Shown here in pieces: positions 40,478 to 51,476 of a stretch of 64,000 nt of DNA. This stretch comes from an uncultured delta proteobacterium (GTDB lineage Bacteria; Myxococcota_A; Polyangia; Polyangiales; Polyangiaceae), in the NCBI GenBank assembly GCA_963696385.1, contig CAVOKF010000006.1, forward strand, positions 1 through 64,000, in the 5' to 3' direction. Position numbers and translations under genes: made by a program. Numbering within the stretch: position 1 is the first letter of the stretch; the number at the start of each line of letters is the position of its first letter. The notes beneath the pieces are model-generated. The model had not been told where the DNA came from. It did not search any database and saw only the letters and a program-made list of their open reading frames with translations.

Positions 40478-40827
40478 TGAAGCACGCGTGCTACGTTCTC
40501 TGCGATCGAGTCCGTTGCGACGAAACTCATCTCGGTCGCGAAACCACTCTTGCGCGCGAGCTCCGCCTGCTCGATCGCGGCCGTAGTTCGGAGCGTCGTC
40601 TCCACCGCGAACGACTCCCGCCGCTCGATGTGATCGAAGACGAAGCGCTCGCACTCCATCGCGACGGCGCGACGCACCTCGCGCGGGATCGCGCGGTAGC
40701 TCCCGAGGATCTGCGCGCAGCGGTCGTCGATGTTGAACGCGTCGACGCCGAACGCCGACACGGGGAAGTACCGGGTCTTGCCGCTGCCCGGAGGACCGGC
40801 CACCACGATCATGCGCGGACGCGCCAT
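40478..40827 (-). pseudogene. Zeta-toxin-like P-loop protein, 3'-truncated
   Basis: VVAGPPGSGKT, SFAVETTL, ENVARVLQR, then breaks into intron sequence. Confidence 0.75.
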
Positions 40828-40833
40828 CGCCGC

Positions 40834-41082
40834 TTAGCCGGTCTCGACCGTCGTGCCTGATTCGGGGAGCATGTCGGGCGGAAGCTCGCGCGAGACGAGA
40901 TCGCCGTTCGGGTCGATGATGCCAAGCTGCTCGAGGCGGACGCGCTCGGCGGCAATGCGCGCGGCGGCGAGCGCCATCACGCGCCGATCCCACTCCTCCT
41001 CGTCCTCGGCGCGATCGAGATCGAGGTCGTCGAAGGGGGCGCTCGGGATCGGGGCGACCGGCTCACTCGCGCGCGCGTGCAT
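40834..41082 (-). CDS. Small acidic partner of the zeta-like gene (possible antitoxin)
   Basis: Directly upstream on the same strand. Confidence 0.55.
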   Translation of the reverse strand: MHARASEPVAPIPSAPFDDLDLDRAEDEEEWDRRVMALAAARIAAERVRLEQLGIIDPNGDLVSRELPPDMLPESGTTVETG

Positions 41083-42302
41083 GACGAAAGGATGCCCGAT
41101 CGGGGGCGGATCGGCCAGAAATGCCGTCGGGCGACGCGCGGGCCGCGCGCGTCAGCATGTCAAGTCGCACATGTACCCGCTTCGCAGCCTGCATCATCAC
41201 GATCGCAGAGCTGATGAAGACCTTGCATTTTCGCGCCGATTCGTGCGTCGCCATCACCGCCGTCACTATTGAGCGAATCGGAGTACCACTTGGCTTGACC
41301 GGAATCGGTGAGCACGACGGGGGTGGGCTGCGGGTCCACGGCCACATAGCCTGCCCGCAATACTCGATGCCGTCCGCGTCAACCCGTTCCTCGGACATCG
41401 CTGACCGATGGGATACCTCTGATGGCCAATCGCTCGACGAGAGCGGGATCCAATTCAACTCCCACCGTCTACGGGGGGCGGCCCGTTCTCGCACCCGGCA
41501 TCCGTCCACGGGCAGCGAGCAGCCTTGCACTCTCGGTAACGAAGCAAATGCAACCACCGTTGCACGGATTCAATGACTCCCGCGCTGCCGCGTCGCCTGC
41601 GTCGCCCTTCATTGCGGCGTCGCCTCGTGACGCGTCGGTCGCTCCGTTGGCGCCCGAGTCCGCGCCGGCGTCGACGAACGACAACGAGCTCGAGCCGGTG
41701 GACCTCGACGAGCTCGCGGAACCGCTCGCCGCTCCGTGACGATCTCGCGCAGCACCATGTACGCCGCGTCCTGGAGTGCCCGAATGAGGAAGTGCATGGC
41801 CTTGATCGACGCAACGAACGCCTGACCCGGCCGCCAAGCAGCGTTCGCGGCCCGGTCGTCTCCTCTGTCGTGCCTTGCTCGGCCAGCCGCGTCGAAGCGA
41901 GGTTTATCGCGCCCTGGGCCGAGTGACCGACGTGTTGGAAATGACGGACGCCGGGTGCGAATGCCGCCACGTCGATGATGCAGGTATCGAGGCGTCGTCG
42001 AAGACTTCCCAGGCGTCACCGCCCCGTCTGCGCGTCGGTGATCATCGACGGTGGCTCCCCTCGGAAGCCGGAAGAGGTGGCGCATGTGCTCCTCGTTCCA
42101 CAGCGCGGCGAGCGACGAGAACGCATGCGCCCACGCGGCTTCAAGGTCCTGCTCCAGGGGGCCAGGGCTGAACGTGTCCGGGATCACCCTTCGAGCGTAG
42201 CGCGCGGGAGCCGTGCGCCCTCGCCCTCGATCCCTCGGCGGACGGTGCATGACCTGACGCCCGCCCCCTGGTACCGTGCGGCACCGCGGAGGAGACGATC
42301 AA

Positions 42303-43141
42303 GATGGCCGCGAAGCGCGTGGCGATGATCAGGGGCGTCGGCAAGTCGACGCTGACGGTGAACCTCGCCTTCGAGTTGGCCGGCGTTGTGGGTCGCGACA
42401 AACAACGTGCTCGTCGTTGACCTGGACCCGCAGTTCAACGCCAGCCAGTACATGCTCGGCTCGGCGCGCTACAAGAGCGACGTCGTCGCCACGAATCGGC
42501 CCACTGTCTGGGACATCTTCGAGCAGCGGACGCGAACGCCAGCTAAGACGATACCGGCGCCGCCGAAGCCGGCCGACGCGATCGTCAACGTGCAAAGCTG
42601 GTCGACGAACAAGCTCGATCTTCTTCCGTCCCGGCTCGAACCCGCGTGGTCCCTAAAGCAACCCGGCGGAAAAGAGCAGCTATTGAAGGACTTCTTGGAC
42701 CAGGTGGCCGACGACTACCACCTGATCCCAATCGACTGCGCCCCAACCGAATCGGTGCTGACGTCGGCCGCGTACTTCGCCGCAGATCAGGTCGTCGTCC
42801 CCGTGAAGCCCGAGTTCCTGTCGACCATCGGTCTTCCGCTGCTCGCGACCTCGATGAAGGATCACAACGCGCTCCCCGGGGCGCCGCAGGTTGCCGTGAC
42901 GGCGATCGTGTTCGACCACGCTTCCGATTACCACCCGGAAGAGGCTCTCGCGAAGCAGGAGGTGCACGGGGTCGCGAAGACGCACGGCTGGCCGGTCCTT
43001 CCGAGCGAGGTACCTTACTCGCGCTCCTTCCCCAAGGGTGCGCGAGAGGGGAAGCCGTTGCGGACGACCTCCTACGCGCGAAAGGCTCAGAAGGCGAAGT
43101 TGACGGCGGTGACTGAACGACTTTGCGAAGGCCGTCGGTGT
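42303..43141 (+). pseudogene. ParA/Soj-family ATPase, degraded
   Basis: GVGKST with a damaged Walker A, frameshift near 42385, VDLDPQFNAS, IDCAP. The stop is lost so it reads into the next gene. Confidence 0.8.
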
Positions 43142-43612
43142 ATGAACGACCGGGGCCTCGACCTTCTGAACGACCTCGTGCGCCTGCTGAAGCGCTACGG
43201 TCCGGACGAGTTCAAGCGCCTCTCGACGATGCTCTCGGACCCGTCCCTGGTCGAATCGCTCCGAGCTGTGCTCGACAGGGTTCCAGCGGTCCCGCCGAAG
43301 CGCCCGGAGCGGGCCGAGAAGGAGAGCGCCGACAGCGTGCCTGATCCCAACCTCGACGTGTTGAGGTCACGTCTAAGCGACCCCGCGGCCTACCCGCACG
43401 TTCGAGACCTCATGGACGAGGCGCGCAGACTTGGCGTCCACATTCCGCCGGCCGGCTTCAAGAGTCGGAAGGACGCGGTGGGGGCCGTCGTGCGCCACTT
43501 TCAATCGGTGCTGCCGACGGAGCTGGCGGCGGCTGTCGAACGCCTCCACGTCGGGGACCGCCGGGGCTCGCTCCAGGAGTGGTCCTCTATCATCATGGAT
43601 CGGAAGCGCTGA
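43142..43612 (+). CDS. Hypothetical protein downstream of parA
   Basis: MNDRGLDLLNDLVRLLKRYG..., GC3-rich codons. Confidence 0.6.
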   Translation: MNDRGLDLLNDLVRLLKRYGPDEFKRLSTMLSDPSLVESLRAVLDRVPAVPPKRPERAEKESADSVPDPNLDVLRSRLSDPAAYPHVRDLMDEARRLGVHIPPAGFKSRKDAVGAVVRHFQSVLPTELAAAVERLHVGDRRGSLQEWSSIIMDRKR

Positions 43613-43689
43613 CCCGCGCGGCGACTTCCCGGGGAGCACCTGTTCGCGGCACGCCTTGGGCTTGCCGGAGGCGACACCCGGGGCGACGA

Positions 43690-43799
43690 GCGAATAGTCG
43701 CTCCAAAGCGTATCGGCCAACGAAGAGACCGGGAAACCGCCGCAGTCACATGAATTCCTTTGGGGCGTTCGTTCTCACTGAAACAGCGGACCGATTTGG
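43690..43799 (+). repeat. R repeat, GCGAATAG subtype
   Basis: GCGAATAG...GAAGAG...CACAT...GGGGCGTTCGTT...CCGATTTGG, followed by a PIN-like fragment (YADVFVTSDGRL). Confidence 0.9.
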
Positions 43800-43949
43800 C
43801 ATACGCCGACGTCTTTGTGACCTCCGACGGTCGGCTGAGAGCGTTCGCGAAGAAAGTGTCACCACCGGTGCGCAGACGTCAAAACGGGTCGTGTTCGACG
43901 TCGGCCTCGCTGAGGATGAGGCGAACGTCGCGTCGGTAGCGTCGCAGGG

Positions 43950-44506
43950 CGAGTTGGAGTCGGGCGGCGTGGCGCAGGACGGCGCGCGCGCGCCGCCGGA
44001 CGCGGGGTCGCGCACGAGCGGGTGTTCGAGGATCAGGGCGCGTTCGAGGGCGCGCAGGGCGGCGTCGGCGACATCGAGGACGATGATTTCGGGAGCGAAT
44101 AGAAGCCTACGAAACTCCTCGACGGTCATCGTTTTCGTGCCGCAGCGGCGGGTTTGGGTTTGGGGGATTGGGCGAAGACCTCGAGGAAGAGTTTTTCGTC
44201 GAGTCGAGGTAGCTCGCGATCGGCGGCGATGGCGAGCAGCTCGTCGGCGAGATTCATGAGAACGCGGTAATTGCCGGCGGCGTGGTCGGCGAGGGTGACG
44301 CGCAGCTCACTGGTCATGAGGTTCTGGTTGCCCGCCGCGGTGAGGAGATGGTCGAGGCAGGCCAGGAGCTCGTCGCGGGAGGCGTAATCGAGGGCTCGCC
44401 GTCGGATTCGCGAGCCGAGCGGCAGGAGCTCGGGCGAGCGGAGTCGTTCGGGCAACCGGGCATCGCCGGCGAAGATGACGCGGAGCAGTTTTTGGCAGCA
44501 GCTCAC
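43950..44506 (-). pseudogene. ExeA/AAA transposon-helper ATPase C-terminal fragment plus coupled small ORF fragment
   Basis: IFAGDARLPERLRSPELLPLGSRIR...AAGNYRVLMNLADELL. ATGA overlap at 44126-44129. Confidence 0.65.
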
Positions 44507-44555
44507 GAGGATCGATCTGGCAGCTCGCCCCTCAATCTTCTTGATCCTCGAACCC

Positions 44556-44705
44556 TCAACCTACGTGACGCCGCTCAATGCGGTCCTGTTTGCGCAGGCA
44601 CTCGGTGATGCCGTTGAGCGAGTCGCCCACCACGCCGTAGATGCGACTGACGCCTGCCGTCGCGAGCCTATCCACCACGAGCTTCGCTACGTTCGAATGT
44701 GCCAT
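44556..44705 (-). pseudogene. poxB: Pyruvate oxidase/dehydrogenase N-terminal fragment
   Basis: AGVSRIYGVVGDSLNGITE. Confidence 0.8.
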
Positions 44706-44785
44706 GCGCGTCACCCTCTTCGCTATGATTCGAGGTTCCGGATCGACCTCGACCGACGAGCTATCGGACCCCAAAGCGGAGGCCA

Positions 44786-45304
44786 ATGGTGAATGCGACC
44801 GACGCAACCACTTCGAAGCTGGCGTGGTGGGCTGCCATCCTCCACGGGGTGAGCGCGGCCTTCGTCGCGGTATTCTGCTACTCGACGGCCCGCCTGGTTC
44901 CTTCGTTGCCGGAGCCGTACTGGGCCCCCATGGCGGCTGTGATCGTGCTCTACCCCGACCGTGAGGCGACCAGGAAGGCCGCCGGCCAGCGCTTCCTCGG
45001 GACCGCGATCGGCAGCCTCATCGGTTGGGGCGGCGCGGCCTGGTGGGACGGGAACATCCTGCGCTATGGGCTCGCCATCCTGGTCGCCGTGGGGTTGTGT
45101 TACTTGCTGCGGCTGGAGGCGGCTGCACGTCTCTGCGCGGTCGCAGTGACGGTCATCACGCTGATTCCCCGCTCCGAGTCGGCCCACCTGATCGCGTTTC
45201 ACCGCTTCGTCGAGGTCACCTACGGTGTGGCCTGTGCGCTGGTCTACACCGTGTCGATGGATCGGGCTCGACGGTGTCGGCGAGGCGGGCGTGGCTTGAC
45301 GTGA
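44786..45304 (+). CDS. FUSC/aromatic-acid-exporter family membrane protein
   Basis: YWAPMAAVIV, QRFLGTAIG, RFVEVTYG. Confidence 0.8.
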   Translation: MVNATDATTSKLAWWAAILHGVSAAFVAVFCYSTARLVPSLPEPYWAPMAAVIVLYPDREATRKAAGQRFLGTAIGSLIGWGGAAWWDGNILRYGLAILVAVGLCYLLRLEAAARLCAVAVTVITLIPRSESAHLIAFHRFVEVTYGVACALVYTVSMDRARRCRRGGRGLT

Positions 45305-45640
45305 GCCGTCGCAGCGCGTCCGTCACCGGCGCGGACGGCAAGCGACGTCATGCGTCCTCCTGTGCGACCAATCCAAAGCGAGCCAGCGGACTTGCGGGGC
45401 TCGAAACGCGTCTCGTCGTCGGCCGACGCGCTTTCGTTGCCCACTCGTTCGGGGCGGCATTGTCGATGAGATGGACCGTGGTACGAATGGAGCCCCCGGG
45501 CGCACCTCGCCGCGTGACTGCATGACATCCGGAGAGAAAGACCCGATTGACGAGGGCGCCGGCAATCCTCCTCGCAGAGAAGGTTCCATCCCGATGCGCC
45601 CCCCGCGTGCGGACTCGACCACGCCGTTCAGAGGCATGCT

Positions 45641-46501
45641 GTGCTGCACGCTGAGGGACCGTCGAGGTTGTGGGCGAGCCTTTTTTTTCTCGGAACGCTG
45701 CCTGGCTGCGCAACGGCCACGCTGCGCGGTGGCTACTGCGCACCCCCGTCGCGGGCTGCTCTTTCCCTGGCTCCCGACCCGCCACCGGCAGACAGCGCGC
45801 CGCGCGAGCAGCATGTGGCCGCCCTCGTGGGTCTAAGCGGCATGACCTCCGAAGTCACCCCGTCGGACCGCGCCCGAGTGCAGATTGTCGAGAGGGTCGA
45901 GCTCGCGAGCCTTGCGATTGGGGCCGCTTCAGCGGAGCTCGACTGCGAGAGTGAGAGGGCCGAGCAGGCCGCCGACTACCTGGCGCGCGCGCAAGCGAGC
46001 AGCGTGCAAGGCCTGACCATCGGTTCAATCGCTGCAGCGACCCTCACGGGCATCGCGGGAGTATTTCTTTCTACCCGCGGTGCGCCTGCTCTGGCGCAGG
46101 ACACGCTGGCCGCTTCCGGAGGCACCGTGACCGCCGGTCTCGGTCTCGCTTCGTTCTTCGTTCTGCGGAGAACGAGCTACGAGCACGAGCGCAACCTCCT
46201 CGCCGACGTTTGGGTGGGCCCTGCGAGGTCCGAGACGTATCCCCCGGTCATCTGGACGTACCTGACGCGCTCCGCGTTCTCGAACAGCCAGCGTGCACCC
46301 ATTCGCGATGGGATCGTCGGGCGCTGGAAGCAATTTCGACAGGTCGAAGATTCAGCGACCGCCGCGATGCTCTTCGGTCGTGGAGGTTCGTACGACGTCG
46401 ACTCGCTGCGCTTGCGCGCCGCGATGCTCGACGAGGTCAGGGCCGAGGTCGAGCTGGCCCGCCAGGATCTGGCTGCGCTCGCCGCGAAGCTTCTGCAGTG
46501 A
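45641..46501 (+). CDS. Hypothetical lipoprotein
   Basis: LPGC lipobox-like motif, long ORF with two hydrophobic segments. Confidence 0.65.
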   Translation: MLHAEGPSRLWASLFFLGTLPGCATATLRGGYCAPPSRAALSLAPDPPPADSAPREQHVAALVGLSGMTSEVTPSDRARVQIVERVELASLAIGAASAELDCESERAEQAADYLARAQASSVQGLTIGSIAAATLTGIAGVFLSTRGAPALAQDTLAASGGTVTAGLGLASFFVLRRTSYEHERNLLADVWVGPARSETYPPVIWTYLTRSAFSNSQRAPIRDGIVGRWKQFRQVEDSATAAMLFGRGGSYDVDSLRLRAAMLDEVRAEVELARQDLAALAAKLLQ

Positions 46502-46574
46502 CCGCCCTTCGGAAGGTCTCACCCGCGGCCGGCGGCGCCGTGGTTTCGGCTTCGGTCGGCGCAAACGCATCGAG

Positions 46575-46685
46575 GCGAGTAGCCAGTCGAAAGGGTATCG
46601 GTCAACGAAGAGCCGCGGAAGCGACCGCGGAAACATATCGCGTCTTAGGTGCGTCCGTTGTCGTTGAAACGGCGAACCGATTTGG
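46575..46685 (+). repeat. R repeat, full length 111 bp
   Basis: GCGAGTAG...GGAAACATATCGCGTCTTAGG...GGCGAACCGATTTGG. Confidence 0.92.
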
Positions 46686-46720
46686 CACCCTCCGTCGCCG
46701 GCGGTAACACCTTCCTCCCG

Positions 46721-47401
46721 TTACTCGAACCGACAATCCCTCATGATTACGTTCATCATGAGGCCGTCGACTCGCCCGACGATCTTGACCCGATCTCCTT
46801 TCGAAAAGCTTGCGGCCCGGGTGACTTGATCATCCGCAAGCAAGCACTGGACAACCGGGATCTGAAATTCGCTGCCGTTACCAATGGTCACATAGGGACT
46901 GTCCGTGATGTCCTTTTTGACCTCGCCGACGATCCCCGAGGTCCGAATCCAATGTTGCTTATAGCGAACGTCCGCGCGCACTTCGTTGTCCGAATACTCG
47001 CCGAGCAGCGTGGAAAGCGGCACGGCGTACGTGTTGGCGGTGGGTGCTTGGTTTGGGTTCACCATAGCGTGAAGGATCGATTGTCCCCGCGAACCGTCGC
47101 TCGTCGACGAAGCGACGTGGTCAGACGATGCGCCGCGCACGACCGCCATTAACAGCAAACCGAACAGCACGGTGGCCAACACCTTCGTGGATGCCTTCGT
47201 CCTTCGATCGGTCCAGAGAAGAAGCAGACCGATTGGATAGACAAGCAACAGCGCCAGCCCGACGACAACAGTGCTATGGTACCAGCGCGGCCGCGACTGC
47301 GGATGAACGAAATGGCCGGCAATCGGAAGCCCGCAGCCGCCGCACGCGACGGCAGCATCGGATACCGATCGGCCGCAGTCCGGGCAGGAGATGAGTGCCA
47401 T
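46721..47401 (-). CDS. Zinc-ribbon + TM + tRNA_anti-like OB-fold protein
   Basis: MALISCPDCG...CGGCG; EYSDNEVRADVRYK; KGDRVKIVG. Confidence 0.8.
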   Translation of the reverse strand: MALISCPDCGRSVSDAAVACGGCGLPIAGHFVHPQSRPRWYHSTVVVGLALLLVYPIGLLLLWTDRRTKASTKVLATVLFGLLLMAVVRGASSDHVASSTSDGSRGQSILHAMVNPNQAPTANTYAVPLSTLLGEYSDNEVRADVRYKQHWIRTSGIVGEVKKDITDSPYVTIGNGSEFQIPVVQCLLADDQVTRAASFSKGDRVKIVGRVDGLMMNVIMRDCRFE

Positions 47402-48183
47402 GCGGGCAGCTACCAGCGCCAATTGCGCGCCGCGGCTGTCGCGATCTGGACGGCGATTGCCAAGAGTCCCCTCACCGCATAATCCTATACTGGAACGAGT
47501 GCCTGAGTCACGCTGGATACGGACCGACATCGCGACCGCCGGCGGGGCGTGGTCGCACGGGCGGTCGCGCTCGGGTTCCGCCCGCAGCGCGAGCACCTTC
47601 AAGCCGATCTCGTCGACCGGGGCATCATTCTCAATCGCGAAGTGCAGCTTCGACCGAGCCTTGCTCCGAAGCGGGGGGGAGCGCACCGACGTTCACTTCG
47701 AGGAAGTCCTGCATGGTCGAACAAGTGGATCGGCGAAGCGACCCGAACGACCATTGATACTGGCGCCGGGCGCCTCTGGTTTGGTTCTCGTAGACCCGGT
47801 CGGTGCCCTCGCGGCAACGGGACCAGCTCGGCGCTGGCTTCACGAGCACAACGGCGGGCAGGACCTAATTTTGGGGATCGCGGCTCCGGGGTTGTTTCCA
47901 GTGGCTCTTTCGACGCCGCCACGTCAACTCGCCCACGTGCCTCGGCCGCCCCAGTTCTCGCCCGAGATGCAGGCTGTGGTTTTCGCCCTGCGCGATGCCA
48001 AGCTTCTCGCCGAGGTCGTTCCGCGTTCTTGCGTCCTCTCCCGCACGGCCGTACCTTGACGGTAGGCGCACGTGGAACTCGACCTGAATATCCAGCTCGC
48101 TTCCGGATGGCGAGCCACCTCGGCCCTGGTTCTGCCGCAGTCGTTCCTTGCGGTGGTGACGTTTGAGAGCGCCAAGGGCGTAG

Positions 48184-48440
48184 GCGAATAGTCGATGCAA
48201 AGCGCAGCGGCCGAGGAAGAGACCGGGAAACCGCCGCAGTCACATAAATAATAGGCGATTTTGCGACTGCGCCCGTGACGCGTGCGATGAGCGTCGAGGC
48301 GTATCGGCGCAGTTGCTCAATCGTCCACTTGGACGGAGCCGCAGCGACGGAGCCGAAAAAATTCGCTGTCGGTATTCCCGTCGGCGATCGCGAACGCGCG
48401 CCGACGCTCAAGGACCTTGCTTTGAGCGTCTCCAATGCCC
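48184..48440 (+). repeat. Long R variant (left half + ~195-bp extension)
   Basis: Homologous to 58271-58617 in reverse. Confidence 0.88.
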
Positions 48441-48510
48441 ACCCCTCGCTGGCGTGAGGGGCAGGTCAGACGAGCGTCGGCGAGTGCGCATGGCCAGCAG
48501 CACGAGCCTA

Positions 48511-48700
48511 GTACCTCGATTCCGCGGAATGGAAGGGTCGTTTTCCGCGATATTCCCGACGGGATCGGGTGGTCTCACCCCTCCGTTTCATGGAATCGGG
48601 GTACTAGTACCTCGATTCCGCGGAATGGAAGGGTCGTTTTCCGCGATATTCCCGACGGGATCGGGTGGTCTCACCCCTCCGTTTCATGGAATCGGGGTAC
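48511..48700 (+). mobile_element. Two tandem 94-bp IS630-related MITEs
   Basis: CTAG at 48508, 48604 and 48700 (96-bp period). IR GTACCTCGATTCC / GGAATCGGGGTAC. Confidence 0.92.
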
Positions 48701-48810
48701 TAGCCCCAAGCGTGTCGGTTGAAAACAGAGCTCGCTGGTTGCGCCGATGCCGAGCTGCCGCGCAGCGGCTTCGTCCAAGATTCCTTTGGGGCGTTCGTTC
48801 TCACTGAAAC
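48701..48810 (+). repeat. Divergent R copy ending at the IS1634 breakpoint
   Basis: TAGCCCCAAGCGTGTCGG...ATTCCTTTGGGGCGTTCGTTCTCACTGAAAC. The right part matches 43754-43784. Confidence 0.7.
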
Positions 48811-49998
48811 CCGCGAGCCACAATTCTCTGCACCGCGTCGAGTTCTTTGCGTGTCGCGTCGAGAAGGCTCTGGCGCTTGTGTGCGCGCAATCGGCAATCG
48901 TGCGAGATCGTGGTTCTTGCATGCGATCAACCGCTCACCGGCAAGTTTTGGGTCCCGCACGGAAAACAGATTGCGTTCGTCGAAGAGTCCGAGTTGCAGA
49001 ACGCCCGAGTGCACGAGGGATCGAATGCGACCGCTCTTGAGCGCGGTAACCCAGGTCATCCCACCGGTTTTGCGAAGCGACGAAATCTGTTTCTCCGTGA
49101 TCATCCCGCGGTCACCCACAATCACGAATCCGCCAATCCCGAAGTCGGATCGAACACGCTCCACCTGGTCGAGGAGCGTCGTCGAATCGGATGCGTTTCC
49201 CTCGTAAACCTGGACCGCAATGGGACAGCCCCGTTCATCGGTGAGAAGGCCATAGTTGACCTGCAGCTTGCCCTTCTTGTCATCGCGGTTGTATCCGAGC
49301 TTGGCAAGCGGACATTGGCGTCCTTCAAAATAGCTCGATGACAGATCGTAGAGCACCAACCCTTGCTGGCGCAGGTGACGCGTCGCCAACTTCTTCTCGA
49401 TCGCGTCCTGCCGGTCGAAGAGCCAATCCATGGCGTCATACAGGTCATCTTCGGTCGCATCCGCGATCCCGAGGTCTTCGGGCAGGGTCGTGGTCTTCCA
49501 GGCCCTCGTCGTCGCGAGCTTGCTCTGGGCATCGGTGATGCGCGCCACCAACAGGGCCATCACCAGATCGCGCTGGCGGCTTGGTTGTCGGTCGATGAGG
49601 ACCTCGAGCCCCAACTTGCGAATGACTTGCCGAACGGCGTCGACCGCACCGTGGCTTTGGTCGCGGACCTTTCGGATCGGCCCGTCCGGGCCAAACAAGG
49701 GCTCCCCGCGGAGCGCTCGCCGCATCCCCTCCACCTGCTTTTCCGTCAACGACGACAGGTTCGCCAGCGTGCGCGACTTGACCCGTCCGCCCTCTCGATA
49801 CGACTCGCGCAGCAGGATCGCCGGTGGAGAGCCGCGGTTCGGAACGGTTGCGATGTACATGCCTCCGCATCATGCACATCGAATCGATAATGGAAAGCTA
49901 TTTCTATCTGTTTACATGCCTACATTTCGGGTCAATTTTGCCGATTCCACAGCAAGATCGCGAACTTCGGCGATTTTGGTTCAGGAACTTCAGATTAG
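48811..49998 (-). mobile_element. IS1634-family element, 3'-truncated; transposase (from 49860) frameshifted
   Basis: LLRESYREGGRVKSRTLANLS, LYDLSSSYFEG, VGDRGMI. 7-bp duplication GCAATCG at 48887-48900. Confidence 0.9.
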
Positions 49999-50119
49999 CA
50001 CGCCGCACTCGGGGCTCGTTGTTCACGCGAGCTGGAGCTCGAGTTGGTCCGACGGCTCGGCCGTGGTGGCTACTTTGGCGATCGGCTGGTTCCCAGGGCT
50101 CGGCTATCTCTAGCGGAGC

Positions 50120-50441
50120 ATGTTTGCCGTCATGACCATGCTCGCCGCCGCCGTCGTCGACTTGCTTCGGTCGCGACGGTCTTTGTTCGCTGAGGTCGCC
50201 TTGCTGCGCCACCAAGTCGCCATTCTGCAGCGGTCGGTCGCCAGGCCGAGGGTGACCCGACTCGACCGGATCGTGTTGGTCGCGCTCGCTGCCTTGACGC
50301 CGACGTGGAGGAATGCGCTGCGCATCGTCCAGCCCGAGACGCTTCTTCGCTGGCATCGCGCCGGCTTCAGGGCCCTGTAGCGCTGGCGGAGCCGACCGCG
50401 CTCCGCAAAGCGCCTCCCCGCCGAGACCGGCGCGTTGATTC
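50120..50441 (+). pseudogene. rve integrase-core transposase 5' fragment
   Basis: AEVALLRHQ...IVQPETLLRWHR. TAG at a likely Trp codon, then cut by the next element. Confidence 0.8.
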
Positions 50442-50590
50442 GTGTCCTTGCGGGGAGCGTGCGTAGGAGGGCGATTCCTGAAGCGGGATCCCTGTCTCTG
50501 GGGGGCGGAGAGGGCGACGGGGTAAGGCTGCCGGGGGGGACGAAAGTTTAGGGTTGCGTTCTATCGCGTTGCGCGGTACGTGTCGCGCTC

Positions 50591-51466
50591 GTGGAAGCGG
50601 TACTTCGGCATAGGGGACGCGCAGTCGACACGGACGATGTCGCGTTTGTGCGAGAGCTGATCGCGCAAAACCCGGGAGCGAGTCGTCGGGCGCTGTCGTT
50701 CAAGATTTGCCAGGCATGGGGGTGGGCTCAGCCCAATGGGACGTGGTGCGACGCGATTTGCCGTGGGCTGATGCTGCGACTGCACCGGGAAGGCCATGTG
50801 GAGCTGCCTGCGGCGCGATGGCGAAGCAAGCAGCCCCGTCGCCACGCGGTGGTGCAGCACATTGAGGTCCGCGTCGCCCCGCTGGTGGCGCGTCTTGCGG
50901 ATCTCGGGCCACTGGACATCCGCCAGGTTCGCCGCACGCCGGAGGAGACGCTGGTCAAGTCTCTCGTCGAGCAGCATCACTACCTGGGCTACGCGCATCC
51001 GGTCGGCGAGCACCTTAAGTACCTCGTGTCCGCCGGAGGGCAACCGATCGCGTGTTTCTGTTGGTCGTCGGCGGCGCGCCATCTGGGGCCACGCGATCGA
51101 TACATCGGTTGGTCCAAGGAGCAGCGAAAGGCCCGGATTCGCTTGGTCGCCTACCAGAGCCGATTTCTCATCCTGCCGTGGGTCGAGGTGCCGCACCTGG
51201 CGTCGCATCTGCTCGGCGCGATCTCGCGCAGGCTGTCGGACGATTGGCAGCAGGTCTACGGGCATCCGATTTACTTTACGGAGACATTTGTCGATCCGAC
51301 CCGTTTTCGCGGCACGTGTTACCGCGCCGCCAACTGGACGGTTCTCGGGATGACCGCCGGCCTCGGCAAGGACGCTCGCGGCTCGATTCCCAATCGTTCC
51401 CTCAAACAGCTGTTCGGATATCCGCTGGTCGGCGACTTCCGAAAACGCCTGCTCGGTGGGTACTGA
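50591..51466 (+). CDS. DUF4338 (DruA-like) protein
   Basis: HHYLGY, GEHLKYLV, RDRYIGW, RFLILPWV, HLASHLL, ETFVD, GTCYRAANW. Confidence 0.9.
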   Translation: MEAVLRHRGRAVDTDDVAFVRELIAQNPGASRRALSFKICQAWGWAQPNGTWCDAICRGLMLRLHREGHVELPAARWRSKQPRRHAVVQHIEVRVAPLVARLADLGPLDIRQVRRTPEETLVKSLVEQHHYLGYAHPVGEHLKYLVSAGGQPIACFCWSSAARHLGPRDRYIGWSKEQRKARIRLVAYQSRFLILPWVEVPHLASHLLGAISRRLSDDWQQVYGHPIYFTETFVDPTRFRGTCYRAANWTVLGMTAGLGKDARGSIPNRSLKQLFGYPLVGDFRKRLLGGY

Positions 51467-51476
51467 CGTGGATCGC

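Noticed and set aside
41100..42250. Several minus-strand ORF pieces
   Set aside because: Appear to be fused fragments of unrelated genes; boundaries and products cannot be supported.
48508..48703. Possible CRISPR array
   Set aside because: Two identical 96-bp units with TIRs and TA duplication, no spacers, no cas genes; these are MITEs.
50591..51466. Druantia system
   Set aside because: Lone DUF4338 inside IS inverted repeats; no DruE helicase or other dru genes.
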